A model generated the notes under the pieces. The model was not told the DNA's origin and did no database searches. It saw only the letters and a program-made list of their open reading frames with translations. A stretch of DNA of 64,000 nucleotides from Candidatus Eremiobacteria bacterium (GTDB lineage Bacteria; Vulcanimicrobiota; Vulcanimicrobiia; Vulcanimicrobiales; Vulcanimicrobiaceae), in the NCBI GenBank assembly GCA_963737065.1, contig CAVTRC010000001.1:137898-201897 (forward strand), given 5' to 3'. Shown piece by piece: positions 48,946-59,168 of the stretch. A program made the translations under genes and the position numbers. How positions within the stretch are numbered: position 1 is the first letter of the stretch; each line of letters starts with the position of its first letter.

Positions 48946-49957
48946 ATGCGTACTCGTCTGATTTCCTTGACCGCGCTCCTCGCCGGCACGTATGCGATCG
49001 CGTCGGCGGTCAGACGCTTGCGTGCAAAGCGACTTGACGGGCAGGTGGTCGTCATTACCGGCGGCTCGCGCGGACTTGGCTTGGCGGTGGCGCGCGAGTT
49101 CGTACGGCGGAAGGCGCGCGTGGTGTTGATCGCTCGCGACGGCGACGAACTCGCCCGCGCTCGAGACCAGCTCATGAGTATCGGTGCCGAATCAATGGCC
49201 GTGCAAGCAGACGTGCGTAATCGCCGACGACGCACGGCTGGCGGTTGCGCGAGCGTTGGAGTCGTTTGGAAAGATCGACGTGCTTGTAAACGATGCGGGC
49301 ACGATTGTCGTGGGGCCGATGGAGACGATGACGCGTGAAGACTACGCCGACGCACTCGACACGCATTTCTGGGGAACGTACAACATGGTGGAGGCGGCTT
49401 GGGACGAGCTTCGCCGCAGTCACGGCGCGATCGTGAACGTCACGTCGATCGGTGGACGAATCAGCGTACCGCATCTCCTTCCATATAGCGTGAGCAAGTT
49501 TGCCCAAGTCGGATACTCCGAAGGTCTTCGCGCCGAGGCGGCGCGCTTCGGCATCTCCGTTACGACCGTCACACCGGGACTCATGCGCACCGGAAGTCCC
49601 CGCAACGCGTGGTTCAAAGGAAACAACCGCGCGGAGTACGCGTGGTTCCATGTCTCGGATGCGCTACCGGTTCTTTCGGTTTCCGCATCATATGCTGCGC
49701 GCCGCATCGCCGATGCGTGCGCGCGCGGAGAAGCTAACGTCAGCATCGGGCCGTCGGCGTTTTTCGCAACGCGCATCCACGGACTTTCACCCGGCCTCAC
49801 CGCACGCGCATTGGAAGTCGCGGCTTTTTTGCTGCCGAAGTCTCCCGCGAACGAAACGCCACGCCGGCGAGGAATGGAAAGCGAAACGGCAGTCACGGCA
49901 TCGCCGCTCACCGCGCTCAGCAGAAAAGCCGAGCGGGAGTACAATCAACTGCCTTAA
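48946..49957 (+). pseudogene. SDR-family oxidoreductase with N-terminal TM segment, interrupted by a +1 frame break near 49209-49212
   Basis: ORF 48946-49338 carries VVVITGGSRGLG...AVQADV. ORF 49184-49957 continues with ADDARLAVARALESFGKIDVLVNDAG...YSVSK. The two halves together make one normal SDR. Confidence 0.8.
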
Positions 49958-50751
49958 TGTTGCGAGTCGATGGTATGAAACGTCGTGAGGGCGCGTTCGA
50001 ACGCGTCGGGCCCGACGTGGACGTTCCCGCGGAACGGATAATCGAGACTCATCGTAAGAAAAATCACCAAGCCGATCAGTAAGGCGAGGGTCCCGACCAT
50101 CGCGGTCTGCATCGCGGATTGCTTGAATCCGAAGAGATACGTAAATGCGACGGTAATGAACCCACCCAGAATGACGGTGAGCCACATCATCCCATTGAGT
50201 CCGGTGGCGTCCTGCGTCAGCCGCTCGTCTCGCGCAGCGAGCGACGCAGCCATCGCGCCGATCATCTGCTCGTGGAGGTTTACTTCGCGCGAATCGCGCG
50301 GGTCGAGCGCGTTGACGTCGTGCGAGAGCCGCTCGGCTTCAGCTTCCGTGTCATCGCTTACGCGACCGGCTTGCATTGCGGGCCATCCGCGTGCGATCAC
50401 GTCGTTAACGTACGAATGTAGATCTCTGCGAATGAACCCGCTTTCCGGCAACGATGCGGCAGCGCGATAAACCGTCGCGAGACTGCTAGCCTCGCGATAC
50501 GTTGCCGCCTCCGAATCGCTGAATCGTTCCCAAACACCGATCGCGATGAAGCCTAAGACGACGGCGTAGATGACCCCGACGACAGCGAAGATGAAGCCCG
50601 TGAGGTCGTTGTGATCGCGCAACATCTCGGGCGATGAGAACCGGCGCGAAACGCGCGCGAGCGCAATGGAAAGCCCGACGAAGCCGCCCACGACGATGAT
50701 CGCGCCAAGCAGCAACGGAAGCCGTTCGAAGAAAGCGACCAAGTACGTCAT
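49954..50751 (-). CDS. DUF4239-like membrane protein
   Basis: Two N-terminal and two C-terminal TM helices flank a helical domain. The pattern resembles DUF4239 proteins (from memory). Confidence 0.45.
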   Translation of the reverse strand: MTYLVAFFERLPLLLGAIIVVGGFVGLSIALARVSRRFSSPEMLRDHNDLTGFIFAVVGVIYAVVLGFIAIGVWERFSDSEAATYREASSLATVYRAAASLPESGFIRRDLHSYVNDVIARGWPAMQAGRVSDDTEAEAERLSHDVNALDPRDSREVNLHEQMIGAMAASLAARDERLTQDATGLNGMMWLTVILGGFITVAFTYLFGFKQSAMQTAMVGTLALLIGLVIFLTMSLDYPFRGNVHVGPDAFERALTTFHTIDSQH

Positions 50752-51404
50752 GGCAACGGCAAGAGCGACGCCGCGCTCGAGGACGTCGGCGCGTGCGCCG
50801 ATTCGGGAATTCCCGCGCTCACGAGTTCGCGGTAATTGATCAACCGGTTCGTGTTGCGTGCGACGTCGAGTTCGAGCGAATAGCTGCGCTTGATCGCGCT
50901 CGTAAGATCGACGGTATCGTACGTATACGAGAAGCGTGTTATGCTCGCGAGGATGCCTTTGTTCGTGGCGTTGAGCTGCTCGTAGGCTTTTTGAATCGTC
51001 GCACCGGCTTCTTTATACGTCGGATAGTTCGAGATCACGATCTCGCGCTTGAGCTTGGCATCTTCGATCGTCGATTTCAATCCGGCAAGACGCACGCTAG
51101 CGGGATCGACCTTCAACCCCTCATCGAGCGTAACCAGGGCATCGTCGAAGTCGCCGCTCGTGTAGAGGTCTTGCGCGAGCGCACCGGAGGCTTGAACGAG
51201 TCCCGCGCGCGCTCGTGGATCTTTCGGATCGACGCGCAGCGCAAGACGGTATGCGAGTTCCGCGTCCCGCACGTTGCCGCGGTCCATCGCGACGTCGCCT
51301 TGATGCACGCGCGTATTGACGATCCAATGCTCGACGCTGCCGGCACAGCCCGCGAGCGGGAATGCCGCCAATGCGACAGCCAGAATCCTAAAAGTGAACC
51401 ACAT
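50748..51404 (-). CDS. lipoprotein with TPR-like repeat
   Basis: Lipobox FPLAGCAG. AELAYRLALRVDPKDPRARAGL is TPR-like. Confidence 0.55.
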   Translation of the reverse strand: MWFTFRILAVALAAFPLAGCAGSVEHWIVNTRVHQGDVAMDRGNVRDAELAYRLALRVDPKDPRARAGLVQASGALAQDLYTSGDFDDALVTLDEGLKVDPASVRLAGLKSTIEDAKLKREIVISNYPTYKEAGATIQKAYEQLNATNKGILASITRFSYTYDTVDLTSAIKRSYSLELDVARNTNRLINYRELVSAGIPESAHAPTSSSAASLLPLP

Positions 51405-52308
51405 TTGCGAACCGTGCCACATATTCGATCACCAAAGCGGCTTGGACGAAGACGAGCTGTGAGAGGAGCGAGCCGACAATTGCCGTCACGCTCAAGTAGA
51501 ACACCATCGTACGGACTTCCTCGACCGTACGTTGGCCGTGGATGGCCTGATCGGTGATCATCGACGATGTCGGATCGACGAAGAGCGTGAAAAGGATCGT
51601 TCCGATCCCGTTGATGACGCCCGAAAGGCTCGTTGCGGTACGCGCGACGTTTGGATCGAATACCGAGGCGAGAAACGCGGCCTGCACCCCGATCGAATAC
51701 ACGCCGGTCACCAAAATGTTGGAGATCAGCAATCGTCGGGGTACCGAACGCCAATCGAACGATCGCACTTCCTCCCACGATGGGAGATGTTCTGAGCGCA
51801 GCACCTCCGCGACGTTTTTTGGTTTGAGCAGTTGGGCGAGCGCGTGCGGAACGGACCCTCGAAGTTCGAACGATCGCACGCCGCGGCGGAACAGATATGT
51901 GAACAACGGCAACAAGATCGCGCACACGAGCATGCCAAACGTTCCCGCGAATACGATGAGCCGCAGTTGCCATTCGAACGTGTGCTGCCAGACGCCGAGA
52001 TCGGCGTGATGTCCTTGCAATTGCGCCGCCGCATTTCCGGCTGCATCGGAGAGCGGAGCGATGAAAAAGACGGAAAAGAGCGTTGCCAGGCGGCCAACCG
52101 TCATGAAGAGGTTGTAGAGCGAGATCGACGTGGCGATACGATGCGTCTGAACGCCGGCCAGCCGCGCGGCATATGCGCCGATCGTGACGCCTTGCGTGAT
52201 GAACGTGATGATCATCGCGCCGATGAGGCGGCCCGACCACAAATGGGGAGTGACGTCGATGACCGTCTTGACGGTCTTCGTAATCGTGATGTAGTGGTCG
52301 GCGCTCAC
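51388..52308 (-). CDS. polytopic membrane protein, possibly lipid II flippase Amj (DUF2837) family
   Basis: TQGVTIGAYAARLAGVQTHRIATSISLYNLFMTVGR resembles the Amj N-terminal pattern (..SYSIRLAGVRT..). Low certainty. Confidence 0.4.
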   Translation of the reverse strand: MSADHYITITKTVKTVIDVTPHLWSGRLIGAMIITFITQGVTIGAYAARLAGVQTHRIATSISLYNLFMTVGRLATLFSVFFIAPLSDAAGNAAAQLQGHHADLGVWQHTFEWQLRLIVFAGTFGMLVCAILLPLFTYLFRRGVRSFELRGSVPHALAQLLKPKNVAEVLRSEHLPSWEEVRSFDWRSVPRRLLISNILVTGVYSIGVQAAFLASVFDPNVARTATSLSGVINGIGTILFTLFVDPTSSMITDQAIHGQRTVEEVRTMVFYLSVTAIVGSLLSQLVFVQAALVIEYVARFANVVHF

Positions 52309-52314
52309 CGAGCG

Positions 52315-53571
52315 TTACGCTGCGTCTCGATTAAACTCGATTGCCGCCTCATCGACCGGTCCAAGGATGCATAAGCCGAGTTGATCGTCGGTGAAAAGCT
52401 CTTGCGCAACGTCGGTGATTTGCGGCGCCGTGACGCCGTCGACGCGTTCTTCGAGCTCTTCGGGCGTCATGTGACGTCCGAGCGTAAACTCGTTGCGGCC
52501 CAGACGAATCATACGGCTCGACGTCGACTCGAGCGAAAGCGTTAGGCTCCCTTTGATGTGTTCCTTCGCCAGTTGCAACTCTGCATCGGAGATGCGAACG
52601 TTACGCAGTGCGCCGAGTTGCTCGACGATAAGATCGATACACGGCTGCACGGTATCCGGTGATGTTCCGGCGTAGATGCCGAACAACCCCGCCTCACGAT
52701 ATGCGGCTTGAAACGAATACACGGTATACACGAGCCCGCGCTTCTCGCGAATCTCTTGGAAGAGCCGGCTCGACATTCCGCCGCCCAGCACCGTGTCGAG
52801 CACCGAAAGCGCGAAACGCCGGTCGTCGCGCGCGGAAAGTCCGCGCGACCCGACAACGACGTAAGCTTGCTCGCTGTCCTTATGCCGGATCAACGTTCCA
52901 GGCGTCGTGGACGGCGCGTCGGGTTCGAAGCTTTCGCTCGTCCCGCGGAAATTCGCAAAACACTCCGCAACGAGTTCGACGAAGCGGTCATGATCGACGT
53001 TGCCGGCAGCCGCGACGACGACCGAATTCGGCGCATAGTGGCGCTTCATGTGCGCCCGTAGGTCCGCCGGCGTGACACGCGTCACGGTATCGACGAAACC
53101 GATCGTCGGATCGCCGAGATTCGACCCGCTCCACATCGTCTGCAGAAAAAGATCGTGAATCAACTCGTCCGGTGAGTCTTCGTACATTTTGATCTCTTCG
53201 AGCACGACTTTTTGTTCTTTTGCGAGCTCGTCGGGATCGAACGCGGAATGCAGGAACATGTCGGCCAGCACGTCGAGCGCGAGCGGCACGTGCCGGTCGA
53301 TGACCTTCGCATAATAGCAGGTCGTCTCTTTATCGGTGAATGCGTTCAGATTGCCGCCGACGCCGTCCATCGTCTCGGCAATGTCGCGCGCGCTCCTGCG
53401 GGCGGTTCCTTTGAACAGCATGTGCTCGACGAGGTGCGAAATGCCGCGATCGCCGGGCGTTTCCAACGACGAGCCGACGTCGGCCCAGATGCCGATCGTC
53501 GCGGAGCGCACCGCGGGCATGGTTTCGGTCAGCACCCGCAAGCCGTTCGGGAGCGTCGTCTTCTTATACAC
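52315..53571 (-). CDS. M16-family (pitrilysin/insulinase) zinc peptidase
   Basis: GISHLVEHMLFKGT (the inverted HxxEH zinc motif). Confidence 0.9.
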   Translation of the reverse strand: MYKKTTLPNGLRVLTETMPAVRSATIGIWADVGSSLETPGDRGISHLVEHMLFKGTARRSARDIAETMDGVGGNLNAFTDKETTCYYAKVIDRHVPLALDVLADMFLHSAFDPDELAKEQKVVLEEIKMYEDSPDELIHDLFLQTMWSGSNLGDPTIGFVDTVTRVTPADLRAHMKRHYAPNSVVVAAAGNVDHDRFVELVAECFANFRGTSESFEPDAPSTTPGTLIRHKDSEQAYVVVGSRGLSARDDRRFALSVLDTVLGGGMSSRLFQEIREKRGLVYTVYSFQAAYREAGLFGIYAGTSPDTVQPCIDLIVEQLGALRNVRISDAELQLAKEHIKGSLTLSLESTSSRMIRLGRNEFTLGRHMTPEELEERVDGVTAPQITDVAQELFTDDQLGLCILGPVDEAAIEFNRDAA

Positions 53572-53582
53572 TCAGGATCTCC

Positions 53583-54107
53583 CTAGGTACTACTTTTGAA
53601 AGCGGTGCGTGCCCATTCCTCGTCGACGAAGACGTCTTCGCCGCCGCGGAGGCGCTCGGCAAGCGCGGCCGGCGTCTCACTACGCCGCGCGCTCAGCGTG
53701 AACACCGTACGCGAGGTCGGTTTCGCAAGGTCACCGGCGACGATCACGCCTTTGCCCACATTGAGCGGCACAGTGGTCCAAACATCGATTTCTTCAGCCT
53801 GCGGCGCAGCCGCAAAACATTCTCCAACGAGCGAGGCAATCTCGTCGTAAAACGCTTCGCGTGTAAGGGAACGGTGGAAATGCACCCCGTTGAGCCGCAG
53901 TCCGAGCACGAGATGCGTGCCGATCTGGTTGGCCGCGACCTGCATCACTTGCGCGGGCCATTCTTGACGAAAAACGTGATCGCCCACGGCAATCGCAATA
54001 TCTTTACGATTACCTGTGGCGCGCGCGTGCGCATCGAGATCGGCAACGCTCGGCGTCGATGCAACAGACGTCGCCGCCGTTACAGCCGCTAGGATTGCTG
54101 CTAACAT
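53583..54107 (-). CDS. hypothetical secreted protein
   Basis: Start at the internal Met (MLAAILAAVTAATSVA, signal-like) so it does not overlap proS. Confidence 0.5.
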   Translation of the reverse strand: MLAAILAAVTAATSVASTPSVADLDAHARATGNRKDIAIAVGDHVFRQEWPAQVMQVAANQIGTHLVLGLRLNGVHFHRSLTREAFYDEIASLVGECFAAAPQAEEIDVWTTVPLNVGKGVIVAGDLAKPTSRTVFTLSARRSETPAALAERLRGGEDVFVDEEWARTAFKSST

Positions 54108-54153
54108 AGCAGGTGACTTTAGCCAGCGAGGCTTTAGCTTTGATGGACAAAGT

Positions 54154-55620
54154 CTAGTAACTTTGCGCAAAGTATGCTCTCACCGTGGCTGGTTCGCCGC
54201 ATGCTACGCAACGCGCGCCCGGCTCATCGAGCGGGCGGGTAACGCGCGTTGTTGCGCCCGATTGCGCTTTCACGTGCGCTTCGCACTCCGCGCGCCCGCA
54301 CCACGCGATGTCGATCATGCCGGCGCGCGCTTTCGCTTTGGCATAAAACTCGTCGCGATCGCGTACCGCGAAGGTGTGCGCGTCGAGGAACTGCTTCGCT
54401 TGCGCATACAGCGACGACTGAATTTCTTCGAGCAGCGCGCGTAGTCGCTGCGCGAGCTGATCGATCGGCACGTCTTGCTTCTGTTCGGCATCCTCCTTCG
54501 CGCGATCGCGCCGAACGAGCACCACATTTCCCTTATCGATGTCGCGCGGCCCGATGTCGATGCGAACCGGCACGCCCCGGACGTCCCATTCAGCGTATTT
54601 CCATCCCGGCTGCTGATCGCGATCGTCGACCTTGACCCGAAATCCGCCCTTGCGCAGCGCGGCAGCAGCTTCATGCGCAACATGCACGGCGCGATCGTCG
54701 CCGGAGCGAACGATCGGCACGAATACCGCTTCCAGCGGCGCCATCTTCGGCGGAATACGCAGGCCGCGATCGTCGCCGTGCGCCATGATCATCGCGCCGA
54801 GCATGCGCCACGACATGCCCCATGACGTCGTGTACGCGTATTTTATCTGCTGATCGGCGTCGAGAAATTTGATGTCGTACGCTTTGGCAAAGTTTTGGCC
54901 GAGGTCGTGCGACGTTGCGGACTGCAGCGCTTTCCCGTCCGGCATGAGTGCTTCGATCGAAAACGTTTCAACGGCGCCCGGAAACCGCTCGCTCGCGCTT
55001 TTGATGCCCGCGTAAACGGGCACGGCGGCAACGTTCTCGGCAAACTCGCGATACACGTCGAGCATCCGCAGCGTCTCTTCGCGCGCTTCCTGCGGGTGCG
55101 CGTGCGCCGTGTGCCCCTCTTGCCAAAGAAACTCCATGGTGCGCAAGAACGGGCGCGTGGACTTCTCCCAGCGCAGTACGTTCGCCCACTGATTGATCAG
55201 AATCGGAAGATCGCGATACGACTCGACCCACTGCGAATACATAACGCCGATGATCACTTCGGATGTCGGACGGATCGCGAGCGGCTCCGTCAGCTCTTCT
55301 TGTCCGCCGCGCGTCACCCAAGCGACTTCCGGCGCGAAGCCCTCGACGTGTTCGGCTTCTTTGAGCAGCAGCGACTCCGGTATGAGCAGCGGGAAGTACG
55401 CGTTCTCGTGTCCGGTTTCTTTAAACGCGGCGTCGAGGTGCTTCTGAAGATTCTCCCACAAGCCATAGCCGTACGGCCGCAGGACCACGCAACCACGCAC
55501 CGGAGAATACGACGAAAGTTCCGCCTTCAGACAGACGGCAGTGTACCATGCAGAAAGGTCGGCCGCCTTTTGCGGGATCTCCTTAACGTCCTTCGATTGG
55601 AGCGGCTCGGCGTCGGACAT
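54154..55620 (-). CDS. proS: proline--tRNA ligase (archaeal/eukaryote-like short form)
   Basis: RGCVVLRPYGYGLWE..., FRxE-type class II motifs (LRWEKSTRPFLRTMEFLWQEGHTAH), and a C-terminal zinc-binding ...CVACGEPA...YFAQSY. Confidence 0.9.
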   Translation of the reverse strand: MSDAEPLQSKDVKEIPQKAADLSAWYTAVCLKAELSSYSPVRGCVVLRPYGYGLWENLQKHLDAAFKETGHENAYFPLLIPESLLLKEAEHVEGFAPEVAWVTRGGQEELTEPLAIRPTSEVIIGVMYSQWVESYRDLPILINQWANVLRWEKSTRPFLRTMEFLWQEGHTAHAHPQEAREETLRMLDVYREFAENVAAVPVYAGIKSASERFPGAVETFSIEALMPDGKALQSATSHDLGQNFAKAYDIKFLDADQQIKYAYTTSWGMSWRMLGAMIMAHGDDRGLRIPPKMAPLEAVFVPIVRSGDDRAVHVAHEAAAALRKGGFRVKVDDRDQQPGWKYAEWDVRGVPVRIDIGPRDIDKGNVVLVRRDRAKEDAEQKQDVPIDQLAQRLRALLEEIQSSLYAQAKQFLDAHTFAVRDRDEFYAKAKARAGMIDIAWCGRAECEAHVKAQSGATTRVTRPLDEPGARCVACGEPATVRAYFAQSY

Positions 55621-55699
55621 GACCGGCCCCGCTTCGGCTCGCACGGCGGTGGGGCCTTGTGGCGGGAGCGACGCTGCTCGCCGCGTAAGCGCAATCAAC

Positions 55700-56299
55700 A
55701 TGCCCAAACTCACTCGCATTTACACGCGCACCGGCGACGAAGGCATGACCGGATTGGTCGGCGGGCAGCGTGTGAAAAAGAACGCGCTTCGCATCGAGGG
55801 CTACGGAACGATCGACGAGACGTCGAGCGCGATCGGTCTTGCGCGCAGCGCGATGCGACCAATCCTCGCGGAAACGCCGCGCGCGGCGCGTTTGGATGCC
55901 TGGCTTGCGTGGACGCAAGATGCGCTCTTTAATCTCGGCAGCGACTTGGCAACGCTAGCCAAGGATCGTTGGGACGGCATGCCGCGCATTACGCAGGGCG
56001 ACGTCGACGCGCTGGAGCGCGCAATCGATGAAGCGCAACGGGATCTCCCGCCACTCGACACCTTCATTCATCCCGGCGGGTCGATGGCCGGCGCATTCCT
56101 GCATCTTGCGCGCACGGTCTGCCGCCGTGCAGAGCGCCTGCTGGTGCCGCTGCGCGACGAAGACGGTGACATTTCAGGCGAAGCGATCCGGTACGTGAAT
56201 CGCTTGTCGGATGCGCTCTTCGTCTGGTCGCGGTGGATCAGTGAGGCCGTCGACGAGCCCGAATATCTTTGGAATCCCGCGACCAAAGCGCCCGAATAA
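55700..56299 (+). CDS. PduO-type ATP:cob(I)alamin adenosyltransferase
   Basis: MPKLTRIYTRTGDEGMTGL...IEGYGTIDE...FIHPGGS. Confidence 0.9.
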   Translation: MPKLTRIYTRTGDEGMTGLVGGQRVKKNALRIEGYGTIDETSSAIGLARSAMRPILAETPRAARLDAWLAWTQDALFNLGSDLATLAKDRWDGMPRITQGDVDALERAIDEAQRDLPPLDTFIHPGGSMAGAFLHLARTVCRRAERLLVPLRDEDGDISGEAIRYVNRLSDALFVWSRWISEAVDEPEYLWNPATKAPE

Positions 56300-56300
56300 C

Positions 56301-58970
56301 ATGCGCAGTTGGCTACCGGTAATTCTGGCGTGCGTGTTTGCGTTTACGCCGAGATCGCCCGCATGCGCGGCGATCGGCGTTTCGGGCATCGTCATCGATG
56401 CGTCATCGGGCGTTGCGCTTGCGTCAACGCGCGTACAGGTCGTCGAAACGCGCGCGTGGACGCTCACCGATGCGTCCGGCCGGTTCACCGTCGACGTCGC
56501 GCGGACGGGATCGTATCACATTGCGTTGACGCGCGCGGGCTATCAGCCGGCGCTTTCGGCCGTCGTTCACGTCGGCGCTTCACGCGTCGCCGTGACGCTC
56601 GTGATGCATCGCGCAACCGACAATCTTCGAACGATCGCCGTAACGTCGACGTCGCGTTCGCAGAGCATCGTTCAACCGAGCACGTACACCGTGACGCTCA
56701 ATGCGGAGCAACTGACGCGCAGCGGACGCGTTCGCGCGGCGGATTCACTGCGTCAGATTCCGGGCGTCAATAACGGCATCACCGGCGACACCGGTGCGCT
56801 CGGCGACGACGTGAACTTGAGCATTCGCGGCATCGGCACGGCGGAAACGATTGCGGCAATCGACGGTCATCCGGTCGGCTACGGCATCAAGGGCGGCTAC
56901 AACTATCAGCTTTCGCCGGTATATCCGTACCGCAACATTTCCGTGCTCTTTGGTTCGGGCGGTAGCGACATTCTGGGCGTCAACGCGATCGGCGGGGTCG
57001 TGAACTTTTCGACCCTCGACCCGACCCTCGATCAACGCGTCTCTGCAACGCAAGGCTACGGAACCTTTGAACGCCTCGCGACAAACATCGGCGCGACCGG
57101 CACGGCGGGGAAGGCCGGTTATGCGTTCTCGTACGGAGCCTCGGGGCTCGACGGGCCGTTCCGTAATGCAACGTTTTACCAGCCCGCTGCGTCGTCCGAT
57201 GTTTCCGCCCCGCCCGGAACGCTCCCATACGATCGCGCGATCTACACCGATGACTCATCCGTAACGTCGAAAGCCGGACTCGTAAAGCTTCGCTTCGATC
57301 CGAGCAGTACGACGTCCGTGACGTTCACCGGCGTGACGCAATCGTACTGGGAGAATAAAACCGGGAACGGCGACGGCGATTATCTTCCCTACGACACCGC
57401 GCTTGCACGTGCGAGCGCGCGGCTCGCAACCAACGGGTCCGGCAGCTGTTCACCGGGACAGCTGCAGACGCATAACCAATACCCGGTCGACGGCCAGGCG
57501 CAGGGATGCCAAACACCCGCGCAATTCGCGGCGCTCAACGCCGGTTGGCAAGGCGCGGGTCCGGCGTGGCATTCGTTCAATCTTTGGTATGATAACGGCG
57601 AGCTTCGTCAGCGCCTCGGCGCGGGCACGCTGCGTTTCGATGGTTTCACCACGCGCTACGAGGACACGCAGTGGCGCGACAATCTACCGTTCAAAAAGGT
57701 GCCGGGCGACACGCGAAAGACGACGTTCGAAAGCGTCACCACATCGGGTAGTTCGTTTTCGTACGATGTCGAGAATTCAAATAACGATTTCGAGGGCGGG
57801 CTCAACTACCTCAATAACGCGTACCGTTATGCAACAATGAGGGTTAGCAGCTCCTCCGAATCCGACCCGTTTGCAACCGAGTCGTCGTATTTCTTGCGCG
57901 ACGTCTACCATCACGAATCCTCGCCGTTCACGATTCTCGCGAATCTCTGGTTGAAACGAGCGGCGCTGACCCGCTCATCGTACACCGATGCGCGATTGTC
58001 GGCGCTCGAGCATCTCGATGCGCACGACGTCGTGCGCGTCGCGTACGGTGCGACGACGACGGAGCCGACGGCAGACGAACTGAGGCAGCCGTTCTCTGCC
58101 GGTGCACTCGCGGAGGGGACACTGCAAGGCGCGGGCGGCGGACAGTCGTACGTGTGCGGAGGGTTGAACTCGCTCGGAACCGGCGCGCCGCAGTTGCAAT
58201 CGTCGCTCATTCCCGAGCGCGGCGTCGACTATGAAGCCGCGTATGCGCACGGTTGGAAGAACGGCTCGACGTTCACCGCGCAGCTGTACGACGTCAATGT
58301 CTTCGACAAGCTCTTTCCGACGATCGTGCCGCTCTCGCAGACCGGGACGGCGTTTTTGCCCGCGAATGCCGTCGCGAATGCGACCACCGCCCTCGACTCC
58401 GTCTGCGGAGCCGGCAATTACGACCTGGGCGTGACACAAACGCTCAACGTCGGAACGATGCGCGCGCAGGGCGCCGATCTGTCGGGACGCTGGCGGTTCA
58501 CGTCTCGCCTGTTCGCCGACTATGACTGGGCGGTGACGTCCACGACGCTGGTCGACGCGCCCCCGGGATTGCTGGCGTCAAATCTGACGTACATCCCCGG
58601 CAGTCAGCTGGCGCGCGTGCCGCTCCACACGTTCGACGGTTCGCTCGACGCACTCGTGGGCCGAAATCTCGACATTCGCTACACGCTGCATACCGTTTCT
58701 GCGAACAACACGAAAGCGTTACCGGCGTACAACTACAGCGATCTGCTTCTGACGTACACGCCGCCCGGCAACGGCACGCTGACGTGCTTCATATCGAATC
58801 TGTTCGATCAATACGCAAACATCGCCGGACTGATCGGCATGGGCGTCCCGCTACCGCTCAACAACTACGCGAACATGGCAAGCTACACGCCGCTCATCGG
58901 CACGTCTGCAACGGAACGATACGGATTGCCGTATCGCCAAATTTACTTCAGCTACCAGTTCCATTGGTGA
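56301..58970 (+). CDS. TonB-dependent outer-membrane receptor with N-terminal carboxypeptidase-regulatory-like domain
   Basis: Signal peptide. GIVIDASSGVALASTRVQV...TDASGRF (CarbopepD_reg-like). A plug region (LRQIPGVNN...LSIRGIG). Long beta-barrel ending ...YFSYQFHW (aromatic terminus). Confidence 0.85.
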   Translation: MRSWLPVILACVFAFTPRSPACAAIGVSGIVIDASSGVALASTRVQVVETRAWTLTDASGRFTVDVARTGSYHIALTRAGYQPALSAVVHVGASRVAVTLVMHRATDNLRTIAVTSTSRSQSIVQPSTYTVTLNAEQLTRSGRVRAADSLRQIPGVNNGITGDTGALGDDVNLSIRGIGTAETIAAIDGHPVGYGIKGGYNYQLSPVYPYRNISVLFGSGGSDILGVNAIGGVVNFSTLDPTLDQRVSATQGYGTFERLATNIGATGTAGKAGYAFSYGASGLDGPFRNATFYQPAASSDVSAPPGTLPYDRAIYTDDSSVTSKAGLVKLRFDPSSTTSVTFTGVTQSYWENKTGNGDGDYLPYDTALARASARLATNGSGSCSPGQLQTHNQYPVDGQAQGCQTPAQFAALNAGWQGAGPAWHSFNLWYDNGELRQRLGAGTLRFDGFTTRYEDTQWRDNLPFKKVPGDTRKTTFESVTTSGSSFSYDVENSNNDFEGGLNYLNNAYRYATMRVSSSSESDPFATESSYFLRDVYHHESSPFTILANLWLKRAALTRSSYTDARLSALEHLDAHDVVRVAYGATTTEPTADELRQPFSAGALAEGTLQGAGGGQSYVCGGLNSLGTGAPQLQSSLIPERGVDYEAAYAHGWKNGSTFTAQLYDVNVFDKLFPTIVPLSQTGTAFLPANAVANATTALDSVCGAGNYDLGVTQTLNVGTMRAQGADLSGRWRFTSRLFADYDWAVTSTTLVDAPPGLLASNLTYIPGSQLARVPLHTFDGSLDALVGRNLDIRYTLHTVSANNTKALPAYNYSDLLLTYTPPGNGTLTCFISNLFDQYANIAGLIGMGVPLPLNNYANMASYTPLIGTSATERYGLPYRQIYFSYQFHW

Positions 58971-59168
58971 GCGTTTCTCGCGGGCTACGCAATCGCTTAA
59001 CTTCGTAGACCGGGGTTGCAGCCGGAAGCCTTTCAAACATGCGAAAACCGCGCGCTGAAGTGTCGAGGGCAATCTTCGCGTCGTTGCTTTTCTGCTATAG
59101 GACCGGTCCGGCTAAATCTTCGTTACCGGTGTGCTAATCACCCGAATCGCTTGCGAGGAAAACAGGGC

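Noticed and set aside
51113-52240. 375-aa ORF in another frame of the same strand as the Amj-like gene
   Set aside because: It is extremely Arg-rich and overlaps both the TPR lipoprotein and the membrane protein frames. Those frames have coherent hydrophobic periodicity and better GC3.
55621-55699. Looked for a cobalamin riboswitch upstream of the PduO/TonB-receptor operon
   Set aside because: Only about 79 bp of intergenic DNA is shared with divergent proS. That is far shorter than a cobalamin riboswitch, and no B12-box-like sequence was recognised.
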